64,000 nt of DNA, taken from Gnetum montanum (taxonomy: Eukaryota > Plantae > Gnetophyta). The stretch is taken from assembly GCA_015680685.1 (NCBI GenBank), contig MNCI01003167.1:69867-133866 (forward strand), given 5' to 3'. The notes beneath the pieces are model-generated. The model did not search any database, was not told the origin of the DNA, and saw only the letters and a list, made by a program, of their open reading frames with translations. Below, one piece after another: positions 24,755 through 37,413 of this stretch (positions are counted from its first letter, which is position 1; the number at the start of each line of letters is the position of its first letter). The position numbers and the translations under genes are program-made.

Positions 24755-26100
24755 CTTAGGTTAAAGAATTTGGAAGGCTATTTGTTACTCCTGGAATTCA
24801 ATTGAAAATTTATACTAAGCAAGTAGAAATTGCCACCATGCAAACCTTTGCAACTTTGGTGATGGAGTGATTCTTATCTTCAAAAGGGTTGCCAAATTGG
24901 AGGAATCGGTTCTCAGAATGAATGGCTCAGTATTCAAATGAATGTGAAATTTTTCTAATCCATGAATTGCTGCTAAAATTTCTCTTTCTGCTAGCCAATA
25001 ATTTAACTCATGCTTTTGAAAAATACCTGAGGCATAAACACAAACTTATTTAGTTTCTCTTGAATTTCTAGTTCTAAGAAGAATAGTTTCCCATGCATGA
25101 TAACTTCCATCTATGTTAAGAATAAAGGGACCTTGTAGGATTGGATTTAGTAGGGGCAAAGTCTTACACTCCTTTGTCAAATTCTAAACTTGCCTTGTTG
25201 CTTCAACTATCCATTGGAAAGGTTGTTGATTCTTACACCATTTGATTTCTTTTGTTTTATCATAGAACTTGGTAATATGCTTTGAAACATAGTTAACACA
25301 ACCAAGAAATCTGAGACACTGATCTTTAGTAGCCAACTGATCAGGAAAATGAGCTATCTTTTGCAATACATGTTTTTGCATGAAGATTTTTCAATCTTGA
25401 ATTTTGACACCAAGAAATTCAATTTCTTACTTTCCAATATAAATTTTTTTTGAATCTTTTAAAAGACTGATGCTGTGTTACTCTCATAATTCTACAAAAA
25501 TCTTTAAATGTGCTACATGTTCTATTGCTGAGTCAAAATATATAACAAAATCATCAATATAATTTGCAATAAAACTTTGATGCTTGCTGAAAATCGAATC
25601 CATTCCTCTCTAGAATTGAGCTAGGGCATTCTTCAATTCAAATGGCATTACAGTCCATTCAAATAAACCTTGTGGAGTGCTAAAAGATATTTTTTGTATA
25701 TCTTCTTCAGTGATTTTGATCTAGTGATAACTGCTTTTGCAATGAAACTTGTTGAAAATATTTTTTGTTGCTACTTTCTAGATTACTGCTTCCTTGTTAG
25801 GAAGAGGCCACTTGACTTCAATCATGACTACATTTAACGAGATGTAATTAATCATCATTCTGGCTTTTCCTCTTTTCAATTTAGCATGATTTCGAATAAT
25901 GAAACTTGCACTTGCATAATTGGATTGTGAAGGGCTGATTAACCCTTTGGATAAATATTCTAAAACTTTCTTCTCCATTTATTCTACATCTTGTTCGTTT
26001 AACACAATTAGCTTTGATTGAACCGGAATGTTATGTACTATTGGAATATGAGCCTCTAGACTATCCTTATCCTAAAAATCAAGGGGATGTTCACAACAAC
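24755..26100 (-). pseudogene. Caulimovirid reverse transcriptase-RNase H
   Basis: GLISPSQS..ASFIIRNH..KRGKARMMINY; FNKFHCKSSY; [15 protein letters not shown]; NYIDD; RFLGCVNY; RH: IDGS..AW, YASG, EREILA, LRTDS, RFARWQ, IPG..N.LPN.LT. Confidence 0.93.
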
Positions 26101-26313
26101 ATCGCTGCAATGCTTCAAAAAAACTGCTTAGCATTCTATCATCTTCATTTTTTAGATCAAATTGTGCTTTCTTCAACTGTTAAATCCTAGCATACTTCTA
26201 TTTTGCTAGATCTTTTAATTCATACTTTGTAAGCACATGTTTTAACGAAGGATTTTTCTATTGAAATTTTGTCTGATCTACTCATGTTTATTCCTTTGAA
26301 GCTAGGCAGGAAT

Positions 26314-26720
26314 TCAACTAAGAATTATTTTTGGTCTGACATTGGGCTTTGGTGAAGAATAGACAATCATTTCTAAACCAACTATATATGGACCTATGCT
26401 ATCCATGAAATGTGCTCCTAACCCAATATCAAATCCACTATCATATATTTGAACAAAATTTGTATTTCCCACGTACTCATCATTAAAAGAAATTGGCACA
26501 TCAAATGCAAAATGCGATAGCTGTCTAACCCCATTCATTGTTTCTAATGTGATAGGCTCATGAGTCACCCATGTTTCTAACACATCTTTGTGACAAAAAT
26601 TCAATGTCACTCCTATATCTATGAATTCTTGATACTTTTAACATTTATCTTTATCATCTACTACTATTTTTATTGGTACTAATAACAAACTATGCAAGGA
26701 TAGTAAATGCTTAATTTAGT
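26314..26720 (-). pseudogene. Caulimovirid aspartic protease
   Basis: LLVPIKI...QEFIDIGVTLN (D[T/S]G degenerate)...FDIGLGAHF. Confidence 0.75.
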
Positions 26721-26776
26721 GAAGTTTGGATCTACCTTTGATTTCTTACTTGTTGCATACTTTACTTTAGCTGAGA

Positions 26777-27648
26777 CTAGAAATCGTCTTTGATGAGTGA
26801 TAAAAAATTTGGCACTTTCTGTGTAATTTTCACTAGAAGTTCTTCTTCTTCATCTGACTCATTTCTAGAATTTTCATTTGGCAAGGTTTCTCTATATCCT
26901 AGAGTTGAAGAGATACTTGAATCTTGATCACCAAACAAATCTTTAGATTTCATATTGGGCATTTCAAAATCATCACCTAAGGTTGACCACATCTCTTCTT
27001 CATTGAGCTACTGTTGAACTTCAGTTAAATCTTCTAAAGATATGTCTGTAAACCATTCCATGTCATCTCTTGGCTGCATCATATTGCTCTTGAAATGTTC
27101 AGCTTCAACTTCTTCAACTTCTGATAGTTCACTTTCAGCTTCACTACTTTCTGTTTCTTCACTTTTATCAGCATCAGATAATACTTGAATAACATACACA
27201 TTTTCTGTAGAGTCTTCTACTTTTGGATCTTGGACTAGTTCCCAATCTTCGATGTATTCTTCAAAAAATGCTTTAATCCTTGAGTCACCTTTATTCTTTG
27301 GACATCCATGAGCATAATGTCCCTGGTTCTTACATGAAAAGAAGGTAACTTTCTTTCTGGAAAATGGACCTTTTCTTCGCTTAACAAAAATCTGCTTCCA
27401 ACTAGGCTTGAAGGATGAATGCCATTTGTGGCGTGAGAACCATGGCTATCTAGACTTTCTAAAATGCTTGGTTAGTATCCTTTTTGGTCATTGTGAGGAA
27501 GCTTAAGGAGCTTTTCCAAATACATCTACACCATCAAGATTTGCACACACTTCTACAAAACGAAGTAAGTTTTGCAACTAAACATGATAACATGCAAACT
27601 GTAATTCTTGTCTTACCATGTGAACTATATCAGCAACATATGATAATG
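26777..27648 (-). pseudogene. Caulimovirid coat protein C-terminus: basic tract, CCHC knuckle, acidic tail
   Basis: Manual translation gives ...FVKRRKGPFSRKKVTFFSCKNQGHYAHGCPKNK (first Cys lost), then in-frame EETESSEAESELSEVEEVE. Confidence 0.8.
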
Positions 27649-29555
27649 CATCTAGATGCTAACATAGCAAATGTTGATGTGATAGATGAAGTTTTTTATT
27701 TTTCATGAACTTGAGAATCTTTATCTAGATACTAATATGATAGATGAATTTTTTCTCCTTTTCATGAACTTGAAAATCTACATCTAGATGATGATGTGGT
27801 AGTTGAAGTTTTTCATTTGTTACAAGATTGAGAATCTTTATCTAGATGCTAACATGGTAGATGCAAACATGATAAATGAAGTTTCAAATTTTTTATAAAC
27901 TTGAGAATCTTCATCTAGAGGCTAACATGGTAGATGGATTTAGTACTTTTTTCTTCTTTCTCTAGAAGGAATTTCATGGCTCATCTACTTGTTGAGTTGG
28001 AACTTCGTAAGACTTAAATCATTTCTTCAAACAATTTCTAACCCTTCAATGAATAATCTTAAAATTTTTACAATTCTTTAGCATAAACTTAAGCTAGATA
28101 TTTTATTACTAAACAACATTTTCTAGCTCTATTTATCATCCTCAAAATTTTTCTTTTAGATATAAAGTTATGATCTAACCTCTACTATAAATGAGCTTGA
28201 ATTTGAAGAAAAAGCTAACATCTATTAGGCTTCTTTCTCTTTATCTATTTGCAATTCTGTAAAATACCATTTTAATAAATTGCCAGTGCTACCCCTTTTT
28301 AGCTTACAATCTAAATGAATGAGAATTTGTATCTATAATTGAATTTTAATAGGTCATTCATGGCTTAAATAAACTAGGCTTTGAAAAATGAACTTTAAAT
28401 CAAAGATATTTTTGTTTCTGCTCAGAATCTATAAAGCTTCAAAGCCTTCTAAATGTTCACAAATCGAGCTTAGAAATTGATTTTCAATATGAATTTAATC
28501 TTTAATATTTCTATTTTCAAAATAATGACTAAAAATCTAAGATTCAAAATTAAAAGGTTTTAGTAATTAAGCTTTTTATCTTTCCTAATTTCAAAACCTT
28601 CTTTCTTTCTTTGAAAATTTGAGGAATACTAGAATTTATCTATGCTCAAAAGCTTACTATGCTTCATAAATAAAATGACTCCATATTCTTTAGCATGATC
28701 TCTTTTATACCTCTAATATTATACTTAATGGTTTATAGAGAACTTTATATTTTTTAGGATTTAGAATAGAGGAGCACTTTATTAAGCCAATATCCTTTAA
28801 GTAAATTCAATATTGCTCTATGTATGATCAAAATGTAAAAAAAAATCTTACCATCATTTTTTCCTTTAAAGATCAATATGCTAAGCTCTTCGAATAGCAA
28901 GATTTCACTCATTCCTATTAACCAATACCCAATGACATTTTTTTATGGATATACATAATAATGACTAAAAATCCTTCTAAAATTTGTACAAGGTAACTTG
29001 AATAAATTGTAGACTAAGCTTTAAAAAGTAAATCCTTTTTAGGGAAAATTCCTATCAAGCTTAATACTTAGAAGTATAAAGGCCCCCTGTAGCCTAAATT
29101 CTATGCCAAATATATACATATGACTACTTGACTTTAGCTACTTGAAACTAGTTAAGTGGTAGAGGGAAAATAGTCACCATGACCTTTCTTAGGATCTTCC
29201 TTTTGAAAGCTCCATCATACTCAATCTCAACTAAGATCTTGAATGTCTTTTCATTGTCTTAATTTAGATCCTTTTTATTTTCTTTATTCAGAGTCTTCTC
29301 CTTAACTATAGTGATTCTACTACTTTCACCAACTAACTCTTTTCCAAACTATCCAAATAAGATCTCCCTCTCCTTTCCTTCAAATTAATGTAAATGTGAG
29401 CTAGGTCCTCGACTCTTCTATTGGCTTAGTAGGTTAGTGTCTTATGAGATGAAGACTTATTTCCATGAATCTTAATTGTTTATATTCTCTTCATTGCTAT
29501 CTAGCCTTGTGATTTTTGAACACTTATAGGAATCATCCCAAACATGAGCATGAAT
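27649..29555 (+). repeat. Right copy (A') of the ~1.9-kb direct duplication
   Basis: Starts catctagatgctaac (=17337) and ends gagcatgaat (=23462); carries the empty Athila site. Confidence 0.95.
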
Positions 29556-29929
29556 GGAATGATCATTTTTCATAAAAGAAAATTCATCTACCAACCATGT
29601 CATATAGGGAATACTATATTAAGCCCCATAGCTTGAAGCTTTATGGTAGTCATTCATGACATGTTCAAAACAACATTTTGATAAATAAGGGATGAAAGGT
29701 CTTGTCTTTTCCATTTTCCTAAAAGTGATCTTAACTCAACATTTTATTAGCATGTAGAGGATCATTCATGCCTTATTATATAGCCCAAGTTCTTGAAAAT
29801 TTCCTTCCACTATAACAACTAGCTTAGATGCTTATTACAATTCCACTAAATTTATTTATTAACCTCAAAGAAAACCACTATTTCCATATTTACAACCTTC
29901 AATTTTTCATAGTTCTATCAAGTATTGGA

Positions 29930-30328
29930 TGACTGCCAAAATTAGTTCTTGAGATCGATGGCATTAAATAGGAACTTTAGTTTAGTTCCATCTATCATGG
30001 ATAGCTTATACATATTATCTAATACTTGTTTCTTAATAAAAAATGGGCATTTCCACTTGGTATAAAATTTGTTTTGATTTTTTCTTCTCATATTCAAAAG
30101 TAACACTAAGTCATCCACTCTAAATGTCCTTTTTAAACCACCTATTGATTTTCAATGCATTTATCAATAAACTATTTGTAGCTTTATCAATTTTATCTTT
30201 CATTTTAATATGTAGAGACATTAGGCTTCTATCTTTATCCATTATCTAGCTATACTTCTACACAAACTCTACTATTGATTTTATGATTTTGTTAGTAAGT
30301 CTTGCAACTATTCCATAAACTAGATTAT
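29930..30328 (-). pseudogene. Integrase C-terminus of the split Tat-like element
   Basis: YNLVYG...KFYTKWKCPFFI...YKLSMIDG..LKFLFNA, homologous to 671-982. Confidence 0.75.
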
Positions 30329-30333
30329 AGAGG

Positions 30334-31684
30334 TGTTAAGGTTTCTAAATGCATATATGATCTATCTATAAATCAATGTTGTTGCATCTAAAAATTTTGA
30401 TTGTTGAAAAAAGACCTAAAAATCCTAGTTGTGGAACAATTTTGACCTTGAATCTCAAGGGCCTCTGAGAAAGAGGATTCAAGGTATCATAGATGATCTA
30501 GCCAATCACCTAGGGACTTGAAGAATGTAAATAGAGGTAAAATATGAAAAAATAAATTACATATTTGAATGAAAATAAATTAATTAATTAAACTTGAAAT
30601 GAATTTTGCACAACAAGTGAACTATAAACTTTATTAAAACAGCAAGATGTCTAAAGTATAACACTCAAAAAAGTACAAATTCTATGCTCAAATGCACAAT
30701 AAGCTTGCTTGGATGGAGCTTGAAGAATGTTGGACCTAGCAAGTTGCATTCTGTAGTCAAACTCCATGATCTAGACACTTCCCAACTCTAATTGCTAAGA
30801 ACTCCTTGGTAATTTTAACTTGTATCTACAACTTTGGTTATCAATGATGTAAACAATGGTGCTTGACACTTGTTACATTGGTACTATGTTGAGTCTCTAA
30901 TGCTCAAGTAGATACTAATATGCTCCATAAGTTCCAAAAATGCCAAATATGTTCAGAATGCTTAAGTTTGCAAAAATGTTCAAAACCTGAATAATGTGTT
31001 CAAGTTTGGCTTTTATAGGCTCAAAGATTGTTGATTTTAGGTTACAAATTTCTATCATGATTGCTAATAGATTGGTATTGTTTGCAAGTGTAACATGTCA
31101 CAATTATCAATGTAGTTATTTATTTGTGGTAAGTTTTACCCAAGGGTCATCAAAACCACATCAAATATAAAAATAGTAAATGGGCTTTTGGTACTACACT
31201 AGCTTCACCTCAACTATGCTAGCCTTTGAGAGCTATTCTAGAATTGTTAAAATCTAATAGGAAATATGGTCACTACATTGGCCATGTGAAGATTTATAAG
31301 ACTCTGTAATGACTATGCTGGCCATGCTATAGATACTACTTGAAACTGTAATGACTATGCTGGGTATTGCTAGGAAAATAGAAAATCCAACAACTCCAAT
31401 GGTACTAAAGGTTATGATGACCATAAAACCCATGAAAATGAAAAATATGGGAGTCCTAAAGGAGTTTTTAGCCTTTCCAAGCCCAAATATAGATATGACC
31501 TTACTTTTTCCACTTGTGAAGTGAGGCAATAGCAACTTATAAGGCATTTTTCAGTCCCAAAAAGTTAAAGTATGTAAGATTCCAGCTCATGGACCACAAA
31601 CCTCATAATTATAATAAAATATTTCCTCAAGTTAAATGGTGAAGGTTAAAAATCACAACATGAATTTTCTTAGTGCATGTTTCA
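30334..31684 (-). repeat. 3' LTR of the Ogre-like element (shorter than the 5' copy)
   Basis: Colinear with 49750-51070; both end in gtttca on the + strand. Confidence 0.85.
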
Positions 31685-32759
31685 TTAGCTCCTTGTTGTT
31701 CATCTTTTGAGGATCAACCCAAGAGACATCAACAAAGAATGCAAAAGATCACTACAAGTCCATCACTAATGTTTCCTCTCTACAATTGTTTCAATAGTGT
31801 CGAATAATACCAAAGAATTCTTGTGATGATTAGATAAGATTAAGATGAAATGATATAGCTTAAATTCTATGTTTGATCATGAGGAAATGGTCATAGGATT
31901 AACAATAAGTTCAAATGTTGACATGATGACTATGTGTATGGCAATGACATTTTGGCTAATCAATGTAGTCTTTGTGCTTTGTGCTTCGTAATTCAAAGTT
32001 TTGGTCACTTAGTAATGTTTTTGAGAAAGCACACTCCACTCCAAGATTTCTTAGGCCATTAGTATCCTCCCTTTTGCATGTTTTGAGCCATTGATCTATC
32101 TTTTGGTGTTCATCAACCTTTTAGCTTCTTGGCAATTTGCTTCCCCCCCCCCACCCCCCACCGCATCTTTTACAAAATAAAACTTTCATTAGGTTTCATT
32201 AGCAAGGTTAAGTTTGATTTGGTCTTCCCATTGAATGAGGTGTGCTACATTCAATGAACTTGGTGAAGCATGAAAAAGAAGATGTTAAATGGTTATAACA
32301 CATGAGTGTCAAGCATAGGTCAACATTATTATTCACTATAAGGAAGGTTATAATTTGGCTACAAGGTTGGATGTAACCAAGGATAATGGATGTGATGTTA
32401 GAAAAGCACTCTTGGTATATTGAAACAAGCTAATTGAATCTTGTGCATCAAGGTCATCTGATAACTTGGTACCATGATGAGTTGCACCTTTGCCATAACT
32501 CCAAGCTTCATCCTACAAACACAACTCTAAGAGGACAAGAAAATAAAACCAAAAAATAATTTTGTTCCAAAATAATGCATAATAATGTATGGAAGAACCA
32601 AAAAATCATACCACCATAGGTCACAATTTTTACACCTACAAGGGATCTATATCTTGCATTATAGATGTTACAAAGTTTTATAGTCCTCATGTTGTGTAAA
32701 AAGAGATAGAGGAGAATTCTAGCTTGCTTGTTATTTATCACTTGGGTCATGGATGTCAA

Positions 32760-35700
32760 TATAAGTACCTACAAGGAAAATTTGTTACATGTAATAAGGT
32801 TTAAGATAGGAATGGTTGACCAGATTAGCCTTGATGATCAAGAAAGGCCTTTCCTAGTTGGCTGAGAATTTTTCTACATGCTTACAAATAGCCCTAAGGA
32901 CCAAGGCTTCTTTCTTGATCTTTTGTTTATTTAGATAATGGTGATGTTGTTGTTTCTGTATCTCTTGGTATTACTCAATGTGACTAAGTGTCCATATGTA
33001 TTTCTCTTCCATGAAGTCTAGGTCCATAGTACATAGCTGCTTATTCAGTTCATCATTGATGAAGTTTGATAGAACTACCCTTAGTAATTGAACCTGCAAT
33101 TCAAGAGGTAAAATAGCTTCAAACCCCTAAACTAGGCTATATGTCATTACATTGGTTGTAGTTCAATAGATAGTTCAATAGGCCCAAAGTACATGGATAA
33201 GCCACTCAGGCCACTTGCATCTAATATTATTAAGCATCTTTTAAGGTAATTTTATGATATCCTTATTTCTAGCTTCATCTTGTCCATTGGCTTGAGGATA
33301 ATATGATGATGAAAAGGAATTCTTAATTCCTAGTTCCTATGAAAAGGCTTTTGTTTCTTGGATAATAAATTATGGTCCATTATCTATGACTATGTTTAAG
33401 GGTATGCCAAAATGGACTACTATATTGTCCAATATAAATCTACACACTTGTTAAAATATTTTCTCCCTTAGGGGAATAGCTTCAACCCACTTTTAGTATT
33501 CAGTTGCAATGATAATAAAGCTATTCCGTATGGAAGACTTAGGTATTATAGGTCTAAAGATGTTCAATCCCTACCATTAAAATGGGCAAGTTATTTGAGT
33601 AGTGTATAACTTAGTTGGTGGCACATGTATCATGTTGCTATGCCATTAGTAGATGTCACAAGTTTTGACCTTTTATAGGTAGCCAATTTTTATATTGGAC
33701 CATTAATAGCCCAGTCATCTAATTTTAGTGCCCAAGGCTTTAGGTCCTATATGTCCCCTACATATGCCCTCATAACCTTGCTCAAGGATTGTGTAGGCTT
33801 CAGTTTTGCCTAAGCATACTAAAAATATGTGATCATAGCACTGACAATATAGTCTGTTATCACCTATAATGGCATACTATTTTGATCTTTTATGTACAAA
33901 ATCCTTTTGAGAAGTAGTCAAGCCCTGTGAAGATTCACCACGCATAAGATAAAACTTAATATCATCATACCACTCCTTTTGAGGAGTGGTGCTAACAAAG
34001 GCTATAAAGTAATGTTTAATGTTTTTCATGATGAAAGTAGCACAGTTTATGATTAAGATAGGTATCTTACTAAACACATTAGATGTCACATTTATAGCTA
34101 AGGTCACAATGGCATTAGCTAGTGTGTTCTCTATTTGGGGTACATGTTATATACTAAAGTCTATAAATTATTGCATCAATTTCTTTTCTAAGTCACAGTA
34201 AGGTTGCAAATGTTTAGCTTTACATGGGAAAACCTTTGTTCCTTGGTTGATCACAAATTGTGAATCACCTTTAATCATCATGTGTTTCATTCCTTACTAA
34301 TGAGCTACCATCATTCCCTTGATCAATCCTTTATACTTTGCAATATTATTGGTACACAAGAATCAAAAATGGTAAGTAAAGGGTTGGATTTCACCAGATA
34401 GGAATGTTATGATGATAGCAATAGTAGCCCCATGGGTGGTTACAGCTTCATCAAAGTGCATAATTACCTCATAATAGTATTAACATTCTCATCAAGGAAC
34501 TTAGTGTCAATGGTCACATGGCCTTCTATGGGTAACTTGAGCAACTATCGCTTGTCCTTTCATTGATGCTTGAGAGACATAATGAAGGTCAAATTTGGTT
34601 GTTATGGCTTTCCAATGGATGATATGACTACTCTCATAGATATTATTTTTTATGACTCTAAGTATAATATCCTTGCAAATGATGTTGACCTAGCTCCTAA
34701 AGAGGTAGTGTCTCCACTTCCTTAATGAGAAGACCAAGGCTAGACAATACTTCTCTACTTCGGTGTATCAAGTCTCATGGATAATTAATGAATGACTTAG
34801 GTAGTATACAAGTAACTCTACCTTGTCATCTTATTTCTAACAAAGTATAAAGGAAATTTATGTGTTGGATATAACAAGATAGATGTAAATATATTTATCC
34901 TTTTGTGGGGGATAAACCATGGGTAGTTGTGCCATCTCTTACTTAAGGTTTTCAAAGACTTATTCACATTGAGTCATCCACTCATAGTAAACTCCTTTCT
35001 TAAGCAAGTGTTGCATAGGTTGTAACTTATCCATAAGCCTAGCGATGAACCTACAAATAAATTACAATCTTCCTTGTAACCTCTAAAGCTCCTTAAGGTT
35101 AGTTGGCACTACTAAGTTGGATATGGCCCTAATCTTATCAAGATTGACACATATTCCTGCTTTGGATACTACAAAGCTAAGCATCTTACCAATTTTTATG
35201 TCATAGACACACTTCTTGGGGTTAAGCCTAAGCTCATATTTGAGACATTTTTTTAACACAACTTCAAAGTCATGTGCATGACCATTAGGCATTTTGGAAT
35301 TAATGGCTATATCATCCACACAGTCATTGAGAAATCCTAGCATATACTCACTAAAGATGTATAGCATTACTCATTGATAAGTGGCTCGTATGTTCTTTAG
35401 ACCAAATGGCATCATGGTGTAACAAAAGGTATCCTAAGAGATCATGAAGGTTGTGCAAAGTTGGTGCTCTGGGTTAATCCTAACTTGCTTCTATCCTAAG
35501 AACCGATACATGAACCATAACAAGGTATGTCTAGCCATAGTATTGATAAGTTTGTCGATACTTGAAAAAGGGAAGTCATCTTTGATAGTTTCCTTATTCA
35601 GGTCTCAAAAATCGATATAATTACATATACTCCCATTTTTCTTAGGCACTACCACTATGTTGGATACTCATCCTACATAATATATGGATCAAATGAAATA

Positions 35701-36025
35701 ATCCTAATATAGGTTTTTGATTTCATCATGGATCACCATGGCTAAATCTAGTCTAACCTTACAAACTTTTTACTTAACTAGCTTGATACTAGGATTGAAT
35801 ATGATGGTACGCTATACTAGGCATGGATCAAGACCTAAGATATCTTAATATGATCAGAAAAATCCTTAATGTTATCCTGGAGGACCTCAGTCATGTCTTA
35901 AGCCTACTAAAGTTCCAATGAGGAACTTATTTTTAGTGTTTTTTTCTTACCACTATGTGTCATCACATGAACCATAACTAGAGAGTCCTTGGTAATATTG
36001 CTAGCCTCAAGGTCAAGGATTTTAA
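32760..36025 (-). pseudogene. RT-RH-aRH-INT of the Ogre-like element
   Basis: VVVPKKNG, MPFGLKN, CVDD, LRLNPKKC; aRH MHFDEA/TNNIAKY/GDSQFVINQ at ~34100-34465; INT ICG.HIG, KWVEAIPL, ANGQDEA. Confidence 0.9.
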
Positions 36026-36029
36026 CTAG

Positions 36030-37413
36030 TTTTTTGACCCAGCTTAGCTGGAACATTAAGGCTAAAAGTGCCCCAAGGATGAAACCAGGGGGTCTCAGGC
36101 TCCTTCAACATGAAAAGTGCAGTGGTTGGTTGCTAAGATAGCTTTCCTTGCCAAGTCCCAAAGGGGTATTTTCTATTTTCAAGCAAGATTTGTCCCAAAA
36201 ATGGCCACTACGCTACACAACATAGCACAACGTAGCAAGTGGGTACTCGTGCTACGCCACTATGCTGAGTAGCGTAAGTAGTGTAACACTTCAAAGGAGG
36301 CCGCAAGACATTTCTAGAAGCTCCAAGACTCATCATCAACAATCATTTCTATCCCAACATCTAATTGGTAGCCAAGATCAACAATTTGCTTTGCTTGTTT
36401 CATCCCTTGTTGAGCCCCAAAATTGTCTCTACGCTTGATCCTACTTGTAAGAGAGGGAAAGACATAGTCCCAAAGCATAAGCTTCATTGTACACTTGTCA
36501 TTAGCATTTTTTGTAAAAACATGGTAGTCCCCTGGATTCTGGCACATGCAGTTTGAATGGTATGATGGCTTAGTAGATTTCACTTCTAGCAGCGTAGCAC
36601 ATCCATGTAACACTACAGCATAGTACTGCACGTTAGAGTAGCACATCCATGATTCGTGCCATGTGGGTCTGAGGACATGTGGCATCCAAACCACATCTTT
36701 CTAACACTCTTAGCTCTATAAATACCCTAGTGAATAACGTTCGAAGGGTTGGCTTTTGGAATTGGCTCTCTTCCAGTTGGCTTCTAAAAAGAAAAAGTGG
36801 ACTTCCTAGTAGTTGGCTTCTAGTAGTAGATTGGCAAAGAGATTGGAAAATAGAAGGGTGACAAATAGCAAATCCTAGTAGTAGCATTTCCCATATCTCT
36901 CCTCAACCCAGCATAGTGGCTCTTAGCTTAGCAAGCATTGGCTCAGTGGTTCCTATTAGCACCCCATTGGTAGCAATCCAAGAGCTGTGACCATACTATT
37001 CCATTGTATGTTATGCTTGTCTAGTACTATGCACCAGTTGTACACATTCCTAAGCCAAAAAAAGATCAAATTTTCCAATTTTAGGGTGATGCATTCTCTC
37101 ACCCAAAATCTCATTCCATTTCTACTATTGCATACATGTTGCATCTCTATGTATTTATTCATGCTTATTTTCATGATTACATACTTTCATGCATTTCCAT
37201 TATTGTGCACTTCTCATTTTCTCCCATTTCAACTTCAACATGTTACATTTTAAAACTATTTTTTTCATATAGTTATTGTACACCACGTAAGTCCCTGCTT
37301 GATTGACTAGACCGTTTAGGGCACCCTATTTCCATTTTCTCCAGCATGACCCTCACATGGATCTGGGGTTAGGCTATACACCAAATAACCTCTCGATGTT
37401 CTAGCAACTAACA
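36030..37413 (+). repeat. Probable unpaired LTR of another family
   Basis: Interrupts pol; ctataaataccc at ~36716; ends gcaactaaca; no partner LTR or clean TSD found. Confidence 0.45.

Larger units (their letters stand above)
23463..27648 (-). mobile_element. Endogenous pararetrovirus (Caulimoviridae) fragment, 4186 bp
   Basis: Order is CP C-terminus with Zn knuckle, then AP, RT and RNase H, with no integrase and no LTRs. The RT motif SASFIIRNHAKLKRGKARMMINY is caulimovirid-type. Confidence 0.92.

Noticed and set aside
17337-29555. A and A' as LTRs of a retroelement carrying the viral genes
   Set aside because: No TG..CA termini, PBS, PPT or outer TSD; A starts mid-array and A' continues into the host element's internal sequence.
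32143-32164. C-run with G-quadruplex potential on the minus strand
   Set aside because: A single homopolymer-like run with no supporting context.
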